Counted from the stretch's first letter, positions 1-9,947 are shown. The stretch: 32,000 nt of DNA from Moraxella nasicaprae (GCF_025643275.1 NZ_CP089977.1:1830001-1862000); one strand, 5' to 3'. A program made the numbers and translations. The notes: generated from the letters alone by a model not told the origin.

Positions 1-1
1 T

Positions 2-310
2 TGCTTGACCAAGCTAGATGTTCTTGATGGTTTGGAGGAAATCAAAATCGCCACCGATTATCGAGTGCCACAAGAAGAGATTGCCGGTGCGGTTGATGCA
101 CAGTTTTATGAGCAAGTTGAACCTGTTTATGAAACTTTGGCAGGCTGGTCAGAATCTACCATCGGCATCACCAAATTTGAAGATTTGCCAGCCAATGCTC
201 AGGCGTACATCAAACGCATTGAAGAGTTGGTGGGTTGCCCTGTTGATATCATCTCCACAGGTCCAGACCGTGATGAAACCATCGTATTAAGAGACCCATA
301 CGATGCCTAA
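2..310 (+). CDS. purA: Adenylosuccinate synthetase, C-terminal fragment (gene enters from the left edge)
   Basis: The open frame runs from the window edge. The translation [15 protein letters not shown]...[17 protein letters not shown] matches the conserved PurA C-terminus. The stop at 308-310 is followed by a hairpin terminator. Confidence 0.9.
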   Translation, partial: CLTKLDVLDGLEEIKIATDYRVPQEEIAGAVDAQFYEQVEPVYETLAGWSESTIGITKFEDLPANAQAYIKRIEELVGCPVDIISTGPDRDETIVLRDPYDA

Positions 311-321
311 TCGCCCATAAT

Positions 322-353
322 AAAAAACCCAGTCTGATTGATTGGGTTTTTTT
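322..353. terminator. Bidirectional intrinsic terminator shared by purA (+) and the cyclo-ligase gene (-)
   Basis: The stem acccagtc/gattgggt is flanked by an A-run on the left and a T-run on the right. It lies between two convergent stop codons. Confidence 0.75.
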
Positions 354-361
354 ATCATGTG

Positions 362-943
362 TTAGTTTAATCGAATAAAGCGACAATCGCTGATGATGAT
401 GTCCATGGTTTCGTCCCATGCTTGTTTGGGTAGTTGGTCGATGATTTGAAAATCATAACACCAGCCAATCGCCAGCGGCTTAGGCCTAACACTTAATGTC
501 CTGTCATAAAAACCGCCACCCATGCCCAGTCGTACACCTTGCTTATCCACAGCTACTAATGGACAAATGATGGCATCAAGTCTGCATGCTGTGATGATGG
601 GTTTGGTTATAGGTTCAAGCATGCCCAACTGATGTCGTTTGGTTGGTGTCTGTGCCAATGTTTTTGTTAAGGGGGCAAAGGTTAAGGGCTGACCTGTCTT
701 AGTGATGGGCAGGTAGGCTTGATGTCCATACCGCTGGCAAAATTTCATCAAAACATCGGTTGGTAATTCGCCAAAATCATCAAGATATAGCCCAATGTTG
801 GCATTTTTTGGTAATAAATCGTGCAGTTTTGGCAAAAAACGACTGGCCAAAAAAGTCGCCCTATGTCGTTGTTGTGAGCTTAGCTGTCGTCTTTGTTTGC
901 GAAAAAATTGGCGAGACAGTGGATTTTGTGGCATATTCATCAA
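362..943 (-). CDS. ygfA: 5-formyltetrahydrofolate cyclo-ligase (MTHFS family)
   Basis: 193-aa ORF with family-typical segments: YLPI, VDKQGVRLGMGGGFYDRTL and DETMDIII. Met codons at 943, 940 and 934 are all possible starts. Confidence 0.8.
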   Translation of the reverse strand: MMNMPQNPLSRQFFRKQRRQLSSQQRHRATFLASRFLPKLHDLLPKNANIGLYLDDFGELPTDVLMKFCQRYGHQAYLPITKTGQPLTFAPLTKTLAQTPTKRHQLGMLEPITKPIITACRLDAIICPLVAVDKQGVRLGMGGGFYDRTLSVRPKPLAIGWCYDFQIIDQLPKQAWDETMDIIISDCRFIRLN

Positions 944-960
944 AAGATTTCATGATTATT

Positions 961-1010
961 TTAATTGATAACTATTATTGTTTGATAAATACTTGCGTTA
1001 ATGGTATGCT
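961..1010 (+). promoter_or_regulatory. Putative fumC promoter (TTGATA-17-TATGCT, 982-1010) preceded by a Fur-like box (961-979)
   Basis: By my count the 19-mer ttaattgataactattatt matches 12 of 19 positions of GATAATGATAATCATTATC. The -35 and -10 hexamers have 17-bp spacing and lie about 60 bp upstream of the fumC ATG. Confidence 0.35.
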
Positions 1011-1072
1011 AATCAAACAAAGTTTGCTATACAAGACTTTGTTATTTTAACAAATTTTTTAGGAAAAAGAAG

Positions 1073-2461
1073 ATGACATTTCGTATTGAAAAAGACACAA
1101 TGGGCGAAGTACAAGTGCCTGCTGATGCTTACTATGGAGCTCAAACACAGCGTAGCCGTGATAATTTTAAAATTGGTGGCGAGACTTTGCCACGCCCGTT
1201 GATTGAGGCGATGGCATTGGTCAAAAAGGCGGCGGCCATGACCAATGCTGGACTTGGGCGTATCCAAGATGAGCAAAAGCAGCTGATTGTGGCAGCGGCT
1301 GATGAGATTTTGGCAGGTCAATTTGCCGACCAATTTCCTTTGGTTGTATGGCAAACAGGCTCTGGCACACAGTCGAACATGAACATGAATGAAGTGATTG
1401 CTAATCGAGCCAATGAGCTGGCAGGCAAGCCCAAAGGCAGTTATCAGCCTGTACACCCGAACGACCATGTCAATCACGCCCAATCCACCAATGACAGTTT
1501 TCCGACAGCCATTCGAGTGGCGGCAGCTGTGCAAATTAACACCCATCTGATTCCAGCCATCAAGGCATTAAAAGACACTTTGGCGGATAAGTCTGCCCAA
1601 TTTGCCAATATTGTCAAGATTGGTCGAACTCATCTGCAAGATGCCACGCCTTTGACATTGGGGCAAGAGTTTAGTGGCTATGTATCACAATTAGAGCATG
1701 GCTTGGCACGCATTGAAGATGCACTAACAGGACTTTATGAGCTACCTTTGGGTGGTACGGCTGTTGGCACTGGGCTAAATAGCCACCCAGATTATGCAAT
1801 CAAGGCAGCACAGACGCTGGCGGATTTGACAGGACTGCCATTCATTACTTCGCCAAATAAGTTTGAGGCATTGGCAGCTCGTGATGCCGAAGTGTATGCT
1901 TCTGGGGCATTAAAAACTTTGGCGGTCAGTCTTAATAAAATTGCCAATGATGTTCGTTGGCTATCATCAGGGCCAAGATGTGGTTTGGGCGAGATTAAGA
2001 TTCCTGAAAATGAACCTGGTTCGTCCATCATGCCAGGCAAGGTTAATCCAACTCAGTCGGAGGCGATGACCATGGTTGTGGCTCAGGTGTTGGGCAATGA
2101 TACTACCATCGGCATGGCGGGTGCGTCTGGGAATTTTGAGCTGAATGTCTATATGCCTGTGATTGGCTATAATCTGCTACAATCCATTCGCTTGCTTGCT
2201 GATGCTTGCCATAGTTTTAATGAGCATTGTGCGGTTGGTATCACGCCTGTTCCAGAAAAAATTGATGAATTTTTGCATAATTCATTGATGTTGGTAACGG
2301 CACTAAATCGCCATGTTGGCTATGAAAATGCAGCAAAAATCGCCAAAACTGCCTATGCCAACAATCAAACACTCAAACAAACCGCCATTGATTTGGGCTT
2401 ATTGACTGCTGAGCAGTTTGATGAATGGGTTGTGCCAAGTCAGATGATTGCACCAAAATAA
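1073..2461 (+). CDS. fumC: Fumarate hydratase, class II
   Basis: 462 aa with the [16 protein letters not shown] signature and full-length similarity to FumC. The RBS aggaaaaaga precedes the ATG. Confidence 0.95.
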   Translation: MTFRIEKDTMGEVQVPADAYYGAQTQRSRDNFKIGGETLPRPLIEAMALVKKAAAMTNAGLGRIQDEQKQLIVAAADEILAGQFADQFPLVVWQTGSGTQSNMNMNEVIANRANELAGKPKGSYQPVHPNDHVNHAQSTNDSFPTAIRVAAAVQINTHLIPAIKALKDTLADKSAQFANIVKIGRTHLQDATPLTLGQEFSGYVSQLEHGLARIEDALTGLYELPLGGTAVGTGLNSHPDYAIKAAQTLADLTGLPFITSPNKFEALAARDAEVYASGALKTLAVSLNKIANDVRWLSSGPRCGLGEIKIPENEPGSSIMPGKVNPTQSEAMTMVVAQVLGNDTTIGMAGASGNFELNVYMPVIGYNLLQSIRLLADACHSFNEHCAVGITPVPEKIDEFLHNSLMLVTALNRHVGYENAAKIAKTAYANNQTLKQTAIDLGLLTAEQFDEWVVPSQMIAPK

Positions 2462-2568
2462 ACCAAGCTCATTCATTTACCAAAAACCGCTCACATCAAA
2501 TATCATGATGTGGGCGGTTGAGTTGATGGTAATAAAAAAACAGCCCACTGATGAGCTGTTTGCCCAAA

Positions 2569-2597
2569 TAAAAACCCTGAATCATCAGGGTTTTTTG
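2569..2597. terminator. Bidirectional intrinsic terminator between fumC (+) and rpsT (-)
   Basis: aaaaCCCTGAatcaTCAGGGtttttt. An additional 12-bp hairpin (2487-2517, ccgctcacatca/tgatgtgggcgg) lies just after the fumC stop. Confidence 0.75.
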
Positions 2598-2602
2598 ATG
2601 TA

Positions 2603-2869
2603 TTAGCCTTTTAGAGCTTTTACTGCGGCATTTAGGCGGCTCTTATGACGAGCAGCTTTATTCTTGTGAATGATGCCTTTGTCAGCCATACGGTCGATTA
2701 CTGGCACAGCTTTGTTGTATGCTTCGGTGGCTAGCTCATAAGATTTAGCTTCAATCGCAGTATTCACACGCTTGATGAAAGTACGAACCATAGAACGCTG
2801 AGAAGCATTTTGCTGACGACGCTTGGTGTTTTGACGAGCACGCTTACGAGCTTGTGCAGAGTTTGCCAT
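2603..2869 (-). CDS. rpsT: 30S ribosomal protein S20
   Basis: [23 protein letters not shown]... is typical S20. I chose the ATG at 2867-2869, which has an AGGATAACC RBS, not the longer track ORF that reaches 2932. Confidence 0.9.
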   Translation of the reverse strand: MANSAQARKRARQNTKRRQQNASQRSMVRTFIKRVNTAIEAKSYELATEAYNKAVPVIDRMADKGIIHKNKAARHKSRLNAAVKALKG

Positions 2870-3084
2870 AGGGTTATCCTTGTTAGATAAATAATTAAAA
2901 ATGGGGCAACGATTGATGACAATCGTTGGCATAATAAAGTGTCTATATTATCAAAATCTTTTGCATCTCACAATACAAAAATGCAAAATTATGTAATATT
3001 GACAAGAATTTTTGTCTATTTTACGCTATTTTGACCAAAATTGCCATCTTAAATTGGCAGTTATTGAGCAAATGGCGTATAAAA

Positions 3085-3126
3085 TTTGACAAAATGCACC
3101 ACAAGCTGATGATGCTGGCGGTGCAT
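3085..3126 (-). terminator. Intrinsic terminator downstream of rocD
   Basis: On the minus-strand RNA, ugcaccgccagc pairs with gcuuguggugca (one mismatch, one G-U). The stem is followed by UUUUGUCAAAUUUU. Confidence 0.6.
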
Positions 3127-3138
3127 CAGTCCTAAAAA

Positions 3139-4332
3139 TTAGACAGACAGCACTTGACGGATTTTTGTCAAGGCATTATCCAGCTCTTCTTTGGTGATGA
3201 TGAGTGGCGGTGCAAAGCGAATCACGGTATCATGCGTTTCTTTGCACAACAGACCCAAATCTTTGAGTTTTTCACAATAAGGGCGAGCCGCTTCGTGTAG
3301 TTCAACACCGATGAATAGACCACGACCACGCACTTCCTTGATGATTGGGTTTTGGATTTTTTGTAGTTCTGCCAAGAAATATTCGCCCAGCTTAGCTGAG
3401 TTTTCGATGAGATTTTCATCAACCAGCACATCAAGAGCGGCGATGGAGACAGCACAGGCAAGTGGATTGCCACCAAAGGTTGAGCCGTGCGAACCTGGAT
3501 TGAATACCCCTAAAATCTCATCGTTGGCAACCACACATGAGATAGGGAATACACCACCACCTAAGGCTTTACCCAAGATGTACATGTCAGGCTCGATACC
3601 TTCCCATTCGCAGGCAAACATTTTGCCAGTGCGACCAAGACCTGCTTGAATTTCGTCAGCGATGAATAGCACATTGTTTTGTTTGCAGACATCAAAAGCA
3701 GCTTTCATAAAGCCTTGCGGTGGGATATTGATACCAGCCTCGCCTTGAATTGGTTCAATCAAGAAGGCGGCAGTATTTGGCGTGATGGCAGCTTTTAGGG
3801 CTTCTAGGTCACCATAAGGTACCAGTTTGATACCACCAAGCATTGGGCCAAAGCCACGCTTGTAGTCAGGGTCTGATGACAAAGATACCGCACCCATGGT
3901 ACGACCGTGAAAATTTCCCACACAGGCAATGATTTCGGCTTGGTCATCTGCAATACCTTTGATGTCATAACCCCATCGGCGAGCGGTTTTGATGGCGGTT
4001 TCTACTGCTTCTGCCCCTGTATTCATCGGCAATACACGAGATTTGCCAGTCAGTTTGCTGACTTTTTCGTACCACGGAGCCAGTTGGTCATTGTGAAAAG
4101 CACGACTGGTGAGAGTTGCACGGTCTGCTTGGGCTTTTAGTGCGTCAATGATTTTTGGGTGGCAATGTCCCTGATTGACCGCTGAATAAGCAGACAGCAT
4201 GTCCATATAGCGATTGCCTTCTGGGTCTTCCACCCAAATGCCTTGTGCTTTACTGATGACAATCGGCAAGGGCAAATAGTTGTTTGCTCCGTATTGCTCG
4301 GTTTTTTTAATCAAATCTTGTGAAATTGTCAT
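3139..4332 (-). CDS. rocD: Ornithine--oxo-acid aminotransferase (class III PLP aminotransferase)
   Basis: 397 aa. It carries the [15 protein letters not shown] motif and [11 protein letters not shown], with ornithine aminotransferase-like sequence throughout. Confidence 0.85.
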   Translation of the reverse strand: MTISQDLIKKTEQYGANNYLPLPIVISKAQGIWVEDPEGNRYMDMLSAYSAVNQGHCHPKIIDALKAQADRATLTSRAFHNDQLAPWYEKVSKLTGKSRVLPMNTGAEAVETAIKTARRWGYDIKGIADDQAEIIACVGNFHGRTMGAVSLSSDPDYKRGFGPMLGGIKLVPYGDLEALKAAITPNTAAFLIEPIQGEAGINIPPQGFMKAAFDVCKQNNVLFIADEIQAGLGRTGKMFACEWEGIEPDMYILGKALGGGVFPISCVVANDEILGVFNPGSHGSTFGGNPLACAVSIAALDVLVDENLIENSAKLGEYFLAELQKIQNPIIKEVRGRGLFIGVELHEAARPYCEKLKDLGLLCKETHDTVIRFAPPLIITKEELDNALTKIRQVLSV

Positions 4333-4781
4333 AATGACCTCGTTGTCTTGGAAAAATCAATTCGCCAAATCATCATTAACTTGGCGTTCCTTTTGTGTTT
4401 GCCCATTGATGAATAAAAGTCCAATCATTGTTTGGGTTGATTAAGATGCTTGACATTCATTAGGGTAATTTGACCGATGAATGAGAAGTGTTTTGTTGGT
4501 TTAATGACCACCAAAAACAAAACACCACCCAAAAAGTATGCGATAAAAAACAGTTTTTTGATAAGGCACATTAGCCTATCAGGGTTTTTTTAATCCTATT
4601 ATCTTGGGATAATAGGACAAATTTGGCTTGGCATACTTGTTGGATTAGAGTCTTAAAACAATGTTCACCAAAACAGACAAACAAAGTCGTATTGTATCAT
4701 TATTGTATCATTTTGCAAACACCTATAACAAAAGACAAACTTGGCGGTCAGTCGGTCAAATTTTATGCAAGATAAGATGAC

Positions 4782-6047
4782 TTAGCCAATAAAGCCAAAA
4801 AATTGCAATAAAAACAGCACGGTAAAACCCAATAAAAAGAGCAAGCTGATGATGGCAAAAGCGTGCATTGGTGCGGATAATCGGACTTTTGCCTTGATGA
4901 GCGAGTAATTCAGATAGGCAAAAATCGGTGCGGTCACAAAGGCACTAATCATCGCAAATTTCAGCAAAATCGCTAATTGACCTAAGAAAAATGAAATCAA
5001 TATATAGGCTGTTATCACAAAAAATAGCGTCCATTTGGCGACAAATGATTGAGCATGGCTGGAATTTTTGTGCATGATGAGTGATAGGTTTTCAGCATTG
5101 GTGCGAGCATAACCATCGACACAGGTGATGACCGTGCCAAACATGCACAAAAAGGCGATGAACGCCACCAATAATCTTGACCAATCGCCAATCGTGGCGG
5201 TGTACATGGCAATCAGCTGACCCACATAAGCACTGCCTTGTAGGTTGATTTCTTGTCCTGTGCCATATTGGACAAACACGCCTAATGCCAAGAAAAATAA
5301 TGCCAAAATTGCCGAAGTCAGATAACCGACATTAAAATCAACCATGCCCTGAAAATGGCTGGTGTGGTCGGTTTGGATTTTTTTGGCTGTCCAAACAGAA
5401 GTAATGGCGGCAAATTCCATGGGTGCAGGCATCCAGCCCATCAGTGCAATGATAAAACCTAAGGCGGCAAGATTCCAAGGACTTGCTGGTATGAAATCAG
5501 GATTGATGGCAGATGGTTTGCCTGCGGCAATAAAAACGGCGGCGATGGTTGCTATGGTTAGGGCGATGATAATCCATTTGGTCAAGCCGTCAAGCAGTTT
5601 ATAATGTCCTGCAAACAACAGTAGCCATGCACTGATGAGGACTATGGCGGATAATGCCATCGTATTTAGCTCAATGGGTAAAATATGCCCCAAGATGACC
5701 GCAGAAAGTAGTGATACCGCTCCAATGCTGATGATGCCTGATATGATACATAAGATGAAAAACACCCACATATAAATTGGGGATTTTTTGGCATAGCCTG
5801 CAACCAAACTTTCGCCTGTGCTATAAGCATATTCTGTGGCGAAGCGATAAAAGGGGTATTTAAACAAATTGGCAAGGATAATCATGATTGCAAGTTGCCA
5901 ACCGTACAAAGCACCTGCTTGGGTTGATGAAATCAGATGTGAACCACCGATGGCGGCTGATGCCATCAAAATACCTGGGCCAAAGGCTTTCCAAGTCAAT
6001 TTTTGGTTGTGACAAGATGGGCGTGTGGTATAAGAATTGCTATCCAT
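4782..6047 (-). CDS. NRAMP-related membrane transporter with a non-canonical metal site
   Basis: Polytopic membrane protein. The segment GPGILMASAAIGGSHLISSTQAGALYGWQL aligns position for position with the MntH TM1 region. I chose the ATG at 6045-6047 (MDSNSYTT) because of the AAAGGA RBS. Confidence 0.75.
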   Translation of the reverse strand: MDSNSYTTRPSCHNQKLTWKAFGPGILMASAAIGGSHLISSTQAGALYGWQLAIMIILANLFKYPFYRFATEYAYSTGESLVAGYAKKSPIYMWVFFILCIISGIISIGAVSLLSAVILGHILPIELNTMALSAIVLISAWLLLFAGHYKLLDGLTKWIIIALTIATIAAVFIAAGKPSAINPDFIPASPWNLAALGFIIALMGWMPAPMEFAAITSVWTAKKIQTDHTSHFQGMVDFNVGYLTSAILALFFLALGVFVQYGTGQEINLQGSAYVGQLIAMYTATIGDWSRLLVAFIAFLCMFGTVITCVDGYARTNAENLSLIMHKNSSHAQSFVAKWTLFFVITAYILISFFLGQLAILLKFAMISAFVTAPIFAYLNYSLIKAKVRLSAPMHAFAIISLLFLLGFTVLFLLQFFGFIG

Positions 6048-6353
6048 GGCTAAATCCTTTTTTGTAAAAAACGATATTGTCCTTATGATTAAACATAGCA
6101 TTTATTTTATCAAGATACAATACAAAATAAATATTTCTTCTAAATTTTTTTAAAAATAATCTGACCAATCAGGCGATGATGAATGGGAAGTCGCTTGAAG
6201 TCATTAGGCTTGCTGATTGATGGTTTGATGACAGATTGTTTTGTGTTGATGATGGGTGGGGATGGTGTGATTGCAGGGTTTATTTGTGGCGATGTCTGGC
6301 TTGATGGGGATTGTTTATTTTTATCAAAAACAAGTAGTCGTCATATAAGTATA

Positions 6354-6485
6354 CTTAATTCATATCAAAACCATACGGCAAAACCGTTCGCCCCAAGCTT
6401 GCCTGCGGGCAAATTTTTCGTTATGGGCAGGCAGGCTTACTTTGAGCAAAAACCTTTGTCTGGTTTTGAATAGAATTGACTATAT
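6354..6485 (+). mobile_element. MITE-like non-coding repeat, copy A (imperfect terminal inverted repeats, central hairpin)
   Basis: It is near-identical to the reverse complement of 30112-30244. The ends CTTAATTCATATCAAAACCA and TGGTTTTGAATAGAATTGAC are inverted repeats (15 of 20 by my count). The internal stem is AAGCTTGCCTGC/GCAGGCAGGCTT. TATA flanks both sides. Confidence 0.6.
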
Positions 6486-6568
6486 TTTTGTTGTTTGGGT
6501 AAAACTTATCATGGGTAATTTTTTTTGTGTGATGTTTGGATAAGCTGTACATCATTGATGTACTGATA

Positions 6569-6600
6569 ATAAAAAATGCCCAAACGATGGTCTGGGCATT
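6569..6600 (-). terminator. Intrinsic terminator downstream of tpx
   Basis: On the minus-strand RNA, UGCCCAGA pairs with UUUGGGCA and is followed by UUUUUU. Confidence 0.7.
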
Positions 6601-6618
6601 GGAGGTTTGGTGTGGCAA

Positions 6619-7116
6619 TCACAAGACTGCCAAAGCGGCTTGATAGTCTGGCTCTTGTTTGATTTCTGGCACAAGCTGACTGTGCAGCACGGTGTTTTGT
6701 TCATCAAGCACGATGACGGCACGAGCTGACAGATTAGCCAGTGGTCCTGTGCTGATGGCGACACCCAGCTGTTCTAGTAGGGCTGGTGTACGAAAGGTGG
6801 ATAGGCTTTTGACGCTTTCAATGCCTTCTGCACCACAAAAACGAGCGTGAGCAAATGGCAAATCCGCTGAAATGCACAGCACAACGGTATTATCCAGTTT
6901 GGCAGCTTGTTCGTTAAAGACACGAACCGAAGTGGCACAGATGCCTGTATCAACGCTTGGGAAAATATTTAAGATTTTGCGTTTGCCATCAAAATCAGCC
7001 AAATTAACCGATGATAAGTCGGTGGCAACTAGGCTAAAATTATCGATTTTATCGCCTACTGCTGGAAAATTACCCAAGATTTCGATAGGATTGCCCGCTA
7101 GGGTGACTGTTGTCAT
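6619..7116 (-). CDS. tpx: Thiol peroxidase
   Basis: [22 protein letters not shown]...PSVDTGICA is typical Tpx. I chose the ATG at 7114-7116, which has a GGAG RBS. The longer track ORF overlaps sdaA. Confidence 0.9.
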   Translation of the reverse strand: MTTVTLAGNPIEILGNFPAVGDKIDNFSLVATDLSSVNLADFDGKRKILNIFPSVDTGICATSVRVFNEQAAKLDNTVVLCISADLPFAHARFCGAEGIESVKSLSTFRTPALLEQLGVAISTGPLANLSARAVIVLDEQNTVLHSQLVPEIKQEPDYQAALAVL

Positions 7117-7144
7117 AAAATTACTCCGATTGACCAAAAATTCA

Positions 7145-8557
7145 TCAGCACTGGCTAAATCCTGTGCCGACATTAACAATATGAATACGACCATCGCTGG
7201 TGCTGGCATGAATGGCCAGTCCGCCTTTGGCAGTTTCTTTGTATTTATCCATCATATCCATGCCTGTTTCTTTCATGGTTAAGATGGCTTTATCTAAGGA
7301 AACATGATGCGTACCATCGCCACGCAAGGCAAGACGGGCGGCATTAATGGCTTTAACTGATGCCATTGCGTTTCTTTCGATACAAGGCACTTGTACCAGA
7401 CCGCCAATCGGGTCGCAGGTCAGACCCAAGTTATGTTCAAGTCCAATCTCAGCAGCGTTTAGGCATTGAGCAACACTACCACCCAGCACATGGGCAAGAC
7501 CTGCCGCTGCCATTGCACAGGCAGAACCCACTTCGCCTTGACAGCCGACCTCCGCCCCAGAGATGGAGGCGTTTTGTTTGATTAACGCTCCGACCGCCCC
7601 AGCCACCAATAGAAATTCTCGCACGCCTTGATAGCTAAAAGAGGGAATAAACCCACGATAGTAATGCAACACCGCTGGAATGATACCAGCCGCTCCGTTG
7701 GTGGGTGCGGTCACAACTTTACCGCCATTGGCATTTTCTTCATTGACCGCCAATGCGTACAGATTGACCCAATCCATCGCCAGCAGTCCACCATCAGAAG
7801 ATTTGCCGTATTCTTTGGAGAGTTGTTCGTATAAAGCTTTGGCACGACGACGCACATTAAGACCACCAGGTAAAATGCCATCGACTTGACAGCCTTGCGT
7901 AACACAGCCTTGCATGACTTCCCATACTTCGGTTAGGTAGTCTTTGATGTCATCATCTGAGCGAATGGCAGTTTCATTTAGCATCATCAGTTGGGCGATA
8001 TTAACCCCTAAGGATTGGCATAATTCGCTTAACTGCACTGCACTGCCAAACGGATAAGGATAGGATACTTGCTCCAATCCTGATTCGTTTTGGGTCATTT
8101 GTTCAGCTTCTTTGATGAAGCCGCCACCGATAGAATAGTACACTTGGCTGATTTGACGACCATCGGTCAGTGTGGCGGTCAGACGCATGCCATTTGGGTG
8201 AGCAGGCAGAGGATTGTCGTCCCACAGCAGATGCTGACTTGCATCAAAAGTAATGGTGTGCCGACCGTCCAAACTTAGTTGATTTTGTTGATAAATCGGT
8301 GCAAGATACTGTTTGGTTTTGGTGGTGTCAATGGTGCGTGGCTGATGTCCTAGCAAACCTAATAAAATGGCGGTATCAGTCGCATGCCCTCTGCCCGTTG
8401 ATGACAGCGAGCCATACAGTTCGATGATGATTTGACAAGTGTTAATTAAGTCATCGCCTAATTTTGCCAAAAAAGCATTGGCGGCCACCATAGGTCCTAC
8501 CGTGTGCGAGCTTGATGGACCAATGCCAATTTTAAATAAATCAAAAACACTAATCAT
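7145..8557 (-). CDS. sdaA: L-serine ammonia-lyase (Fe-S dependent, single chain)
   Basis: 470 aa. The N-terminus [23 protein letters not shown] and the rest of the sequence resemble SdaA. Confidence 0.93.
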   Translation of the reverse strand: MISVFDLFKIGIGPSSSHTVGPMVAANAFLAKLGDDLINTCQIIIELYGSLSSTGRGHATDTAILLGLLGHQPRTIDTTKTKQYLAPIYQQNQLSLDGRHTITFDASQHLLWDDNPLPAHPNGMRLTATLTDGRQISQVYYSIGGGFIKEAEQMTQNESGLEQVSYPYPFGSAVQLSELCQSLGVNIAQLMMLNETAIRSDDDIKDYLTEVWEVMQGCVTQGCQVDGILPGGLNVRRRAKALYEQLSKEYGKSSDGGLLAMDWVNLYALAVNEENANGGKVVTAPTNGAAGIIPAVLHYYRGFIPSFSYQGVREFLLVAGAVGALIKQNASISGAEVGCQGEVGSACAMAAAGLAHVLGGSVAQCLNAAEIGLEHNLGLTCDPIGGLVQVPCIERNAMASVKAINAARLALRGDGTHHVSLDKAILTMKETGMDMMDKYKETAKGGLAIHASTSDGRIHIVNVGTGFSQC

Positions 8558-8584
8558 AAAAAGGCGAGCCTTATGGTTAAAAAA

Positions 8585-9652
8585 TTATTGACAACTGACA
8601 GAGTCGCCTTTGGCATTGATACACATTTTATCGCCATTAGCAAGACTGCCAATCCATGCTTTACCAGCTTCAAAAATCAACGGCATGCTTGGGGTTTGTG
8701 GCTTGGCGTGATTCATCACAAAGCCATCTTTGTGAAAACGAAATGGAATGACTAAATCGCCACCACGATTGATGAATCCCCAAAAATCACCTTGACGCAC
8801 CGCTGCCACATTCTCGCTATAATCTTTGACTTCATCAAAAGCATAGACAATCATTGTTGTGCCATTGGCATCCACAAATCCCCATTGACCATTTTGCTGG
8901 TGTGGATAAAACCCGCTGGTATTGATGATTTTTGGGGTTGTGGTGATGTTTGTGGCGGTCAAAGGTTGTGCATTGACCACAGGGGAGGGGGTGCTAACAT
9001 TGACCGCTGCATTTTTGGTGGTTGGGTTGGTAGCTGGTTTGGGTGCAGGCGTGCCGTTTTGAGCAGGCTTGACTGGCACGGTTGTCTTGGTGGTTGGTGC
9101 AGTCAGAGCAGCAGCTTTGGGGGTTTCGGTAATGTGCTTGCCTTGCTTGTCAATCGGAGTATCTTTATTGTGTCGCTTGATGGTGGATTGTCCGTTCTTA
9201 AAATCACTCATCTGACTGATGGTGCGGTCAAAACCAACCACCGTACGACCACGAGTATCAATCGCACCCCAAACCCCTTGTTTTTTGACAACAATCACAC
9301 CATCAGACACCGCTCTTGCCCAGTTGTTTTCAGGTAATTGGTCGTATTGAAAGTCGATACGAACCTGACCATGGCGAGTGATATAGCCAACTTTGCCATT
9401 TTTTAGTGCAGGCATTAAGCCATCTTGAAATTGATTGGCAAGCACCGCCTGATAGCCAAATAAATCGACAATTTTTGAGCCTTTTTGGTTAAGCAAAGCG
9501 ACAGGGGAACCATCATCTTTGCTCGCCAAAAAAAGCCCAGACTGACTGGTGCAACTGACATTTTTGTAGTCGCTTTTTGGGATGGTGCAAGCGTGAGCGG
9601 GTAGATAAAATAATCCACACAAGCCCAAGACTAGGGCAGATTTTTTTGTCAT
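8585..9652 (-). CDS. WG-repeat (KWG-type) secreted protein or lipoprotein with a Pro/Thr-rich linker
   Basis: Signal peptide MTKKSALVLGLCGLFYLPAHAC. Repeated motifs G.WG.ID, WGFVD and FWGFIN. The central low-complexity tract TPKAAALTAPTTKTTVPVKPAQNGTPAPKPATNPTTK separates the two repeat modules. The start at 9652 was chosen over the upstream in-frame codons. Confidence 0.7.
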   Translation of the reverse strand: MTKKSALVLGLCGLFYLPAHACTIPKSDYKNVSCTSQSGLFLASKDDGSPVALLNQKGSKIVDLFGYQAVLANQFQDGLMPALKNGKVGYITRHGQVRIDFQYDQLPENNWARAVSDGVIVVKKQGVWGAIDTRGRTVVGFDRTISQMSDFKNGQSTIKRHNKDTPIDKQGKHITETPKAAALTAPTTKTTVPVKPAQNGTPAPKPATNPTTKNAAVNVSTPSPVVNAQPLTATNITTTPKIINTSGFYPHQQNGQWGFVDANGTTMIVYAFDEVKDYSENVAAVRQGDFWGFINRGGDLVIPFRFHKDGFVMNHAKPQTPSMPLIFEAGKAWIGSLANGDKMCINAKGDSVSCQ

Positions 9653-9860
9653 ATTTTCCATAATAACGATGCGAATAACAGATAACCCATCAAGTATAAG
9701 CCAAACGATTGGGCTTGGCAATATCTTGATAATACAATTACCACATCTTGCATCAAATCCTAAATTTGACAACATGGTCATGCTTGGCGATGTTGGTCGT
9801 TACAAATGGCAATTTTAGGGTGTTTGGGCGTGATTGTTTGATATATTAAATCTATGATGT

Positions 9861-9879
9861 ATGAATGATAAATATTATC
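9861..9879. promoter_or_regulatory. Fur-like box in the divergent WG-protein/bfd intergenic region
   Basis: By my count atgaatgataaatattatc matches 14 of 19 positions of GATAATGATAATCATTATC. Confidence 0.4.
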
Positions 9880-9912
9880 AAAGAAAATCATTCAAAAAAT
9901 CAATAAAAATTG

Positions 9913-9947
9913 TTGAAAATGGGAATAATTATTGTTATGATAACAAT
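9913..9947 (+). promoter_or_regulatory. Putative bfd promoter (TTGAAA-17-TATGAT) overlapped by a perfect 17-bp palindrome
   Basis: The -35 is at 9913-9918 and the -10 at 9936-9941. The palindrome ATTGTTATgATAACAAT (9931-9947) covers the -10, which is operator-like placement. Confidence 0.45.

Noticed and set aside
1013-1546. Long antisense or overlapping ORFs, for example 1013..1546, 8792..9337, 14355..14876, 20829..21443, 22806..23372 and 23249..23650.
   Set aside because: Each lies inside or opposite a confidently identified gene. None has a recognisable domain or RBS, and their composition is typical of shadow frames.
2870-2932. N-terminal extensions in the track ORFs for rpsT, tpx (7117-7209), the WG protein (9653-9781), the NRAMP-like gene (6048-6101), the cyclase (31084-31134), the transglycosylase (22037-22102) and others.
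   Set aside because: Internal ATGs have proper Shine-Dalgarno sequences and give canonical N-termini or signal peptides. Several extensions would overlap neighbouring genes or terminators.
4595-4712. A perfect 9-bp hairpin CCTATTATC-ttgg-GATAATAGG (4595-4616) and a tandem 11-mer ATTGTATCATT x2 (4691-4712) in the spacer between the rocD and NRAMP-like genes.
   Set aside because: Neither is followed by a U-run on the transcribed strand, neither recurs elsewhere in the window, and I cannot link either to a known operator. They are noted as real sequence features with no supportable function.
6091-6100. AAACATAGCA upstream of the NRAMP-like gene resembles one half of the E. coli MntR operator.
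   Set aside because: The second, inverted half-site is absent, so this is a single 9-10 nt match in AT-rich DNA. That is too weak to call.
6183-6473. Track ORFs 6183..6473 (+) and 30124..30318 (-) share a peptide (HTAKPFAPSLPAG...KPLSGFE), which at first looks like a duplicated small protein.
   Set aside because: The shared part is just the MITE-like repeat translated in one frame. The similarity stops at the repeat borders, there is no RBS, and the non-repeat parts are unrelated low-complexity sequence.
6547-6563. Perfect palindrome GTACATCAtTGATGTAC downstream of the tpx terminator.
   Set aside because: It is a single isolated 17-bp palindrome with no adjacent gene start or U-run. There is not enough context to assign a function.
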